Under the pieces are notes generated by a model, which was not told where the DNA came from, did not search any database, and saw only the letters and a program-made list of their open reading frames with translations. Made by a program: the position numbers and the translations under genes. DNA of 64,000 nt from Squalus acanthias (taxonomy: Eukaryota): positions 27,902,001 through 27,966,000 of the forward strand of contig CM059433.1 in NCBI GenBank assembly GCA_030390025.1, in the 5' to 3' direction. Shown piece after piece: positions 63,186 to 64,000 of the stretch (positions are counted from its first letter, which is position 1; every line of letters starts with the position of its first letter).

Positions 63186-64000
63186 CTAAGGAGAGAGCAA
63201 GCATCACTTCACTGAAACACCAACTACATGGTGAAACATTTAGAGCACTTGTCAACGTGCATTTGGTCACATCACAGACTACAGCAGGAAAAAGATGCCA
63301 CAACTTAATGAAATTCTCAAGATAATAAGGAACATTGTTTATTTCTGTCTCGTAGAATTATAGAATGATACAGCACAGAAAGAGGCCATTCGCCCCATCG
63401 TGCCTGTGCCGGCTCTTTGAAAGAACTATCCAACTAGTCCCTCTCCCCCCACTCTTTTCCCACAACACTACAAATTTTTCCCTTTCAAGTATTTAACCAA
63501 TTTCCTTTTGAAAGTTACTACTGAATCTGCTTCCACCGCCCTTTCAGGCAGTGCATTCCAGGTTATAACTCACTGCGTAAAACAAACTTCTTCCCAGCTC
63601 ACCTCTGGTTCTTTTGCCAATTATCTTAAATCTGTGCCCTCTGCTTACTGACCTTTCTGCCCGTGGAAACACTTTCTCTTCATTTACTCTACCCAACACG
63701 ATATTAAATCTCCCTTTAACCTACTCTGCTCTAAGGAGAGCAACTGTAACACGGACACACAAAAAATCTGACCACATTTTCCAGAGAGTGGATTATTGCT
63801 AATGTATTAAATGGATTCTTGCAGTCCATAAAAAATTAGAAAGCAATAAATGACTAATATGTTTCCGCCTGGTCGCTAATGTGAGTGAAGTCAGTGCAAG
63901 TACAAAATGGGGAAACCTGCTTTTACAAGGTTACATTATCACAGTGACAGAGATCATCATGTTTACTAAATGGCCAACAAGTTTACCTTCTGGGTCCAAG

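Overview
Eukaryotic intron-rich DNA from a cartilaginous fish (most likely a shark, judged by HE1-type V-SINE, Deu-domain SINE and abundant CR1/L2/Penelope repeats). The whole window lies inside one minus-strand plakin gene, dystonin (DST/BPAG1). I traced 25 shared exons from the end of the CH2 actin-binding domain (63185) through the whole plakin domain (spectrin repeats plus SH3) to 24301, all with GT-AG boundaries and consistent phases. Nested in the gene is a complete epithelial BPAG1e/BP230-type unit: a private first exon (57322-57494), a coiled-coil rod exon (14990-17431) and a terminal plakin-repeat exon (8463-10568), giving 24 exons and about 2621 aa. The long BPAG1a/b-type isoforms skip the rod and tail exons and resume at 1125-1277. 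The most unusual item is a stop-free 939-codon, phase 0/0 candidate exon (19011-21827) between the plakin domain and the rod exon, which I cannot match to known BP230. Other items worth checking are Penelope-derived minimal hammerhead ribozyme motifs (one inside an 85-bp hairpin), an old ~280-bp inverted repeat upstream of the BP230 first exon, a SINE/LINE chimera and a 30-bp minisatellite. Protein identifications come from recalled human DST/MACF1 sequences, not database searches. Repeat boundaries are approximate.
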